In this document: piece after piece, positions 60,457 to 64,000 of the stretch
Layout of the letters: each line of letters opens with the position of its first letter
Numbering within the stretch: the stretch's first letter is position 1
Assembly: GCA_021463645.1 (NCBI GenBank)
Contig: JAJTYI010000006.1
Span: 181,692 to 245,691, forward strand
DNA: 64,000 bases
Reading direction: 5' to 3'
Source of the DNA: a bacterium
GTDB lineage: Bacteria; Patescibacteriota; Dojkabacteria; B142; OLB20
Made by a program: the position numbers and the translations under genes
Notes under the pieces: generated by a model
The model's input: only the letters and a program-made list of their open reading frames with translations
Database searches by the model: none
What the model was told of the DNA's origin: nothing

Positions 60457-61245
60457 ATGACAAATAATCTAAACCAACCTACCGTCTCAGAGGCAAATCC
60501 TGTGATGGAAACTCCTGTTCAAACAGTTCCTGTTAAAACAGACGGTTATAACGAAGCGGTAAAGCAGGGAAATTCTATGAAAGTTGTTCTATTGGTTGTT
60601 ATTTTCCTAATTTTTGGAGTGTTAGTAGCGTATATTTTGATGAATTATTTAGGAGGGGATGAAGAGCCAGAAGTTGTCACTCCCACAGCGGTTCCAACGG
60701 TGGAGGCGACGTCTGCAGTAAATGAGCCGACGGTAACACCACAAGGTATTGCTTCAGGTTACAAAGATTTTTCATTCCCCGCTTATATTCCAGACAATAA
60801 AGATAATCCATTCATGATTAGCGGAAAAGCTTTAGAAGACTCTGAATTTGCTACATTAGAAGAGGAAGGATCCGTAGGCTTTACCATCAGCGGAGAAGAA
60901 TATCAACTAAATGTAAGAGCTTATTTTGAATCTCAAAATACACCGTACAATGAATATTTCTTCCTTGAAAGAGATGGAGCGGATACAATAGCAAGAGTGA
61001 AACACGATTATATTGATGCTACTAAAGATCTCTATAAATACGTTAGATCAGATACTGTAAGTGAGACTATTGATTGTAAAGGGATGGGTCCAGAGGATAT
61101 AATCCCTGCTCCTTGCGGACAAGCACGTTATACAAGTTACAATCAAGTTGAAACATTTTATATTCTAGATATCACATGTGATGCTGATGCTGAAAACGTA
61201 ACGAAGTGTGATGAAATAGTTAAATCTCTTGAAATTCAATATTAG
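60457..61245 (+). CDS. Hypothetical membrane-anchored protein
   Basis: One TM, PT linker, Cys-containing domain. Confidence 0.7.
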   Translation: MTNNLNQPTVSEANPVMETPVQTVPVKTDGYNEAVKQGNSMKVVLLVVIFLIFGVLVAYILMNYLGGDEEPEVVTPTAVPTVEATSAVNEPTVTPQGIASGYKDFSFPAYIPDNKDNPFMISGKALEDSEFATLEEEGSVGFTISGEEYQLNVRAYFESQNTPYNEYFFLERDGADTIARVKHDYIDATKDLYKYVRSDTVSETIDCKGMGPEDIIPAPCGQARYTSYNQVETFYILDITCDADAENVTKCDEIVKSLEIQY

Positions 61246-61619
61246 TTCTCGACGCTTAATCTTTCAAGTTCCTTAAGGATTTCGGTCTTTCCTTTAAAGC
61301 ACTTGTCTTTTGCCACGAGTAGGGGGACACCTTTCTGATCATTTGGAATATTACATTTCTCTATACTATTATCAAAGCCTCGTTTATTTAGACTATTGCC
61401 TTTTAAACTTTTAATAGATAAATCAATATGATTTGAATACTCTCGAAATTCTATTTCGTCTATCGTTTCTTCACAGAATTTACAATCAGAGTCAGTATAA
61501 AGAATAATCTTGTTAGGATTGTTCACTCCATAGGTATAATTCATAACCATTATAAATGCCAAAATATTCACTAAGAATAGGGCTATTGGACTTTTAGACT
61601 TCATTTCAGAATATTTCAT
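61242..61619 (-). CDS. Membrane-anchored glutaredoxin/thioredoxin-fold protein
   Basis: TM helix, CKFC, GVPLL. Confidence 0.7.
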   Translation of the reverse strand: MKYSEMKSKSPIALFLVNILAFIMVMNYTYGVNNPNKIILYTDSDCKFCEETIDEIEFREYSNHIDLSIKSLKGNSLNKRGFDNSIEKCNIPNDQKGVPLLVAKDKCFKGKTEILKELERLSVEN

Positions 61620-61729
61620 GTAGTTATTATAGCTTATTGGGAAAATTGTATTAACAGAAACAGCAGGTTTGAATTTAACTAGAATCTTACCTAAATAACT
61701 CATTTTTATTTCCTTCAAGTATTTCAAAT

Positions 61730-62596
61730 TCAAGAATTATTCTCAAAGATAAAGTGAGACCTAACATCTGCTACAAATTTGGGGGGATTTTGATAATCTT
61801 TAGCAGGCGAAACTCGAAGAAGAGTGTTAATTCCTTGTAGAATTTTGTGTGCTCCCCATCTGGGGTCTGAAAACAAACCTTCTCTTGTTAAACCATCAGG
61901 AATAGAAGGGAAAACATTGAGGATTTCGTTAGCTATCACTCGAGCTTATTCCAGTGTTTGGGCTTTGGATAATGACATTCCTAGTCTCTTGCTATCTACA
62001 ACATTTCGATTTTGGAACTGTTCTTCAAACATTATCTCCATGAACCATCCGATTGATTGCCAGAAAGAGGGATTATAAGGAACTACAAAGTCACAAACAA
62101 AATGATAACTCCCTCTTCCAACATCACCAGATCGAAGTATATATCCTGATACTTTATTCTTCATTAATATTGAAATAAGTGGAATTAAATCGTGGTATAT
62201 TTTCTCCTTACTTTGGCCTGATGATGGTATATCAAGATCCATCATTGGTACTACGAGTTTTAAACCCTCTTTGGTCTTAAATGTCCCCGAAATTGAGGAT
62301 ATACATGGCTCGTCAAATTCTGCTGTGGCTGTTTGTGTAAATGTTGATAAATCTGAAATTAGATTAATTGAAGAAACGGTCCCTATCAGTTCTAGAGGAT
62401 TGTCTCCATGAAGCCGATCTTGAGCATAAGCTTTCACGAAGATATCTAATTCCCCGAGTGATTCTGTTAGGATTGAATACAAAAATATTACAAAATCTTC
62501 TCCCTTCACAGGATCATCTTCTCCGGTTATGGAATATTTTAGCCCATCTGGTCCGCAACTATTGATGAGGTGAGTAAAATATAGAGGTTCTGTCAT
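61730..62596 (-). pseudogene. AEP/Prim-pol-like (PPL5-like) protein split by in-frame TAA at 61946-61948
   Basis: PMMDLD, LRSG...SYHF upstream of the stop; DPRWGAH...LRVS downstream in the same frame. Confidence 0.55.
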
Positions 62597-62852
62597 TTAT
62601 TAGTTAGGATACACATTTGGATTATATCACCATAAGTATCAGTCCTAAGCATGTCTATTTCATAAATCCTACTAAATTGAGTTATTACCTAGTGATTCAA
62701 ATCCAAATGACTGATTCTGTAACTATCTTCTGAAGCAGGATTGTAATTTCCGCGATACGGCATATCGAGTGTGGTTCTATGGGTTGAATATACCATTACG
62801 ATATTACTTCCACAACTTCACGTGGATATGATTTTCCTATAGAAAATATATC

Positions 62853-63242
62853 TCAAGCTTTATCTATTGGGGTAGGCCATACGGGAGGTTCTGAAGGTGT
62901 TTGATTCCCTCCCAGGTTTGATGCTAAATATATGCCGGATGTAACCAAGGGTATACCATTCAATAATATATCTTTAAATAATAGCATTTTCCTCCAACCT
63001 CTCGGTAACATGTCTTCGTTTTCAGGAGAAATCTGGATAGATAAATCCCTGATTGTGTTGTAAGTCAACAATCCTAATTGTAGACCATGCCAGACTCCAT
63101 TTACGGCCAAAATTGGTAATTTGTATTCGGATTCTGTACTAAATGCATTTATGGTCAAAGCATCTAATGCGACATTTGCCATAGTTACAAGACCTCTTAT
63201 TAGAACATCTCTTTGTGTAGGTAAAATATTTATCGTTTCCAT
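62853..63242 (-). CDS. Hypothetical membrane protein
   Basis: 129-aa ORF with hydrophobic segments. Confidence 0.6.
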   Translation of the reverse strand: METINILPTQRDVLIRGLVTMANVALDALTINAFSTESEYKLPILAVNGVWHGLQLGLLTYNTIRDLSIQISPENEDMLPRGWRKMLLFKDILLNGIPLVTSGIYLASNLGGNQTPSEPPVWPTPIDKA

Positions 63243-63451
63243 CTAGATAATATGAATATATGCGGATTATATCATACAGAGGATCTATCACAAACTAGAT
63301 TATGACTGTTGATTAAGCTTTTATCCAGTACTAGAGTGCTCTATTTAATCCTCCCCAAATCCCCATCAATCACAACGGGCTGGAAGGTGATTAATTCATC
63401 CTTGTAATGCATATCGGGTAAACGATTGTAGGGAAAGATCCTTAAGTGCTT

Positions 63452-63715
63452 CGGAGAGTGCGACCCCGGATTAAATCCGGGGGAACTCACGATCCCACTC
63501 GTCCAATTAGTTTACCCACTATAATTTCAATGATGGTGGACCAACTAGTAAAAATACTAAACGGAGAGGACAGCCCCGGATCTAGTCCGGGGGAACTCGC
63601 GATCCCTTTTGAGACACTTCGTTAGCAGTCCTGCCTGTCGACAGGCAGGGAAGCGTACCGCTTAGCGGTATGAACTTTCGACTTCACCCCGCCTTGGCGG
63701 GGCAAGCTCAGCCAA
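63452..63715 (-). pseudogene. tRNA-Ser remnants (one with anticodon GCT) interrupted by palindromic insertions
   Basis: Minus strand CTGCTAA-CGAAG, variable arm GTCTC-AAAA-GGGAT, GCGAGTTC[hairpin]...CCTCTCCG; second 3' fragment at 63452-63496. Confidence 0.65.
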
Positions 63716-64000
63716 CTATTAAAAATACTAAACGGTACCTTTTGGTTGAAATTCTAACTTTTTTTGAACAAAATCCAGAATAATGAGGTGCGTTTCCGCT
63801 TGCCTCCGCTCCGCTACGGCAAACCAAAACAGAAATTTTTTCATTACATTTTTTATTTTTTTCTGCCCCCCCCATTTTTTTCTTTTAATAGGAGATGAAA
63901 AATTTTCTGTTTTTGGTTTTCTCTTAATCAGAGAAAAGCGGAAACGCTCTATTCTTAATCGCAAAAGGGCAAAAATTCCTTCCCCTCAACCCCCTTCCTT

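Noticed and set aside
63341..63451. Short minus-strand frame KHLRIFPYNRLPDMHYKDELITFQPVVIDG
   Set aside because: No usable start and no recognisable family; cannot be supported as a gene
63728..63964. 78-aa minus-strand Lys-rich ORF
   Set aside because: Low-complexity product of T-rich noncoding sequence
1..64000. Alternative genetic code (stop-codon reassignment)
   Set aside because: TAA, TAG and TGA all end conserved full-length genes (gltX TAA, trmD TAG, infB TGA); internal stops are few and confined to accessory genes

Overview
AT-rich bacterial chromosome segment read in standard genetic code 11. It most likely comes from a Patescibacteria/CPR organism; this is inferred from the short IF-2, the archaeal-type adenylate kinase, the lack of clear Shine-Dalgarno motifs, many small membrane-anchored proteins and degenerate enzymes. 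Housekeeping genes are dnaJ, infB, adkA, trmD, gltX, a Mur ligase/FemX cluster, an LCP protein and tRNA-Ser(CGA). Also present are a CsoR-regulated copper efflux operon, a two-component system, a cobalamin-riboswitch-controlled uptake pair and many transporters and hydrolases. The most notable observations are: (1) an unannotated Met-Met-Met leader peptide with a mutually exclusive antiterminator/terminator in front of a DUF62 SAM hydrolase-like gene, suggesting a methionine-sensing ribosome-mediated attenuator; (2) a giant surface protein ending in a dockerin, encoded next to membrane-anchored cohesin-like paralogs; (3) two tRNA-Ser-derived loci carrying nested miniature palindromic insertions, one beside a probable integration junction; (4) several genes broken by single in-frame stops or 1-bp frameshifts. 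All family calls come from motif recognition only; no searches were run.
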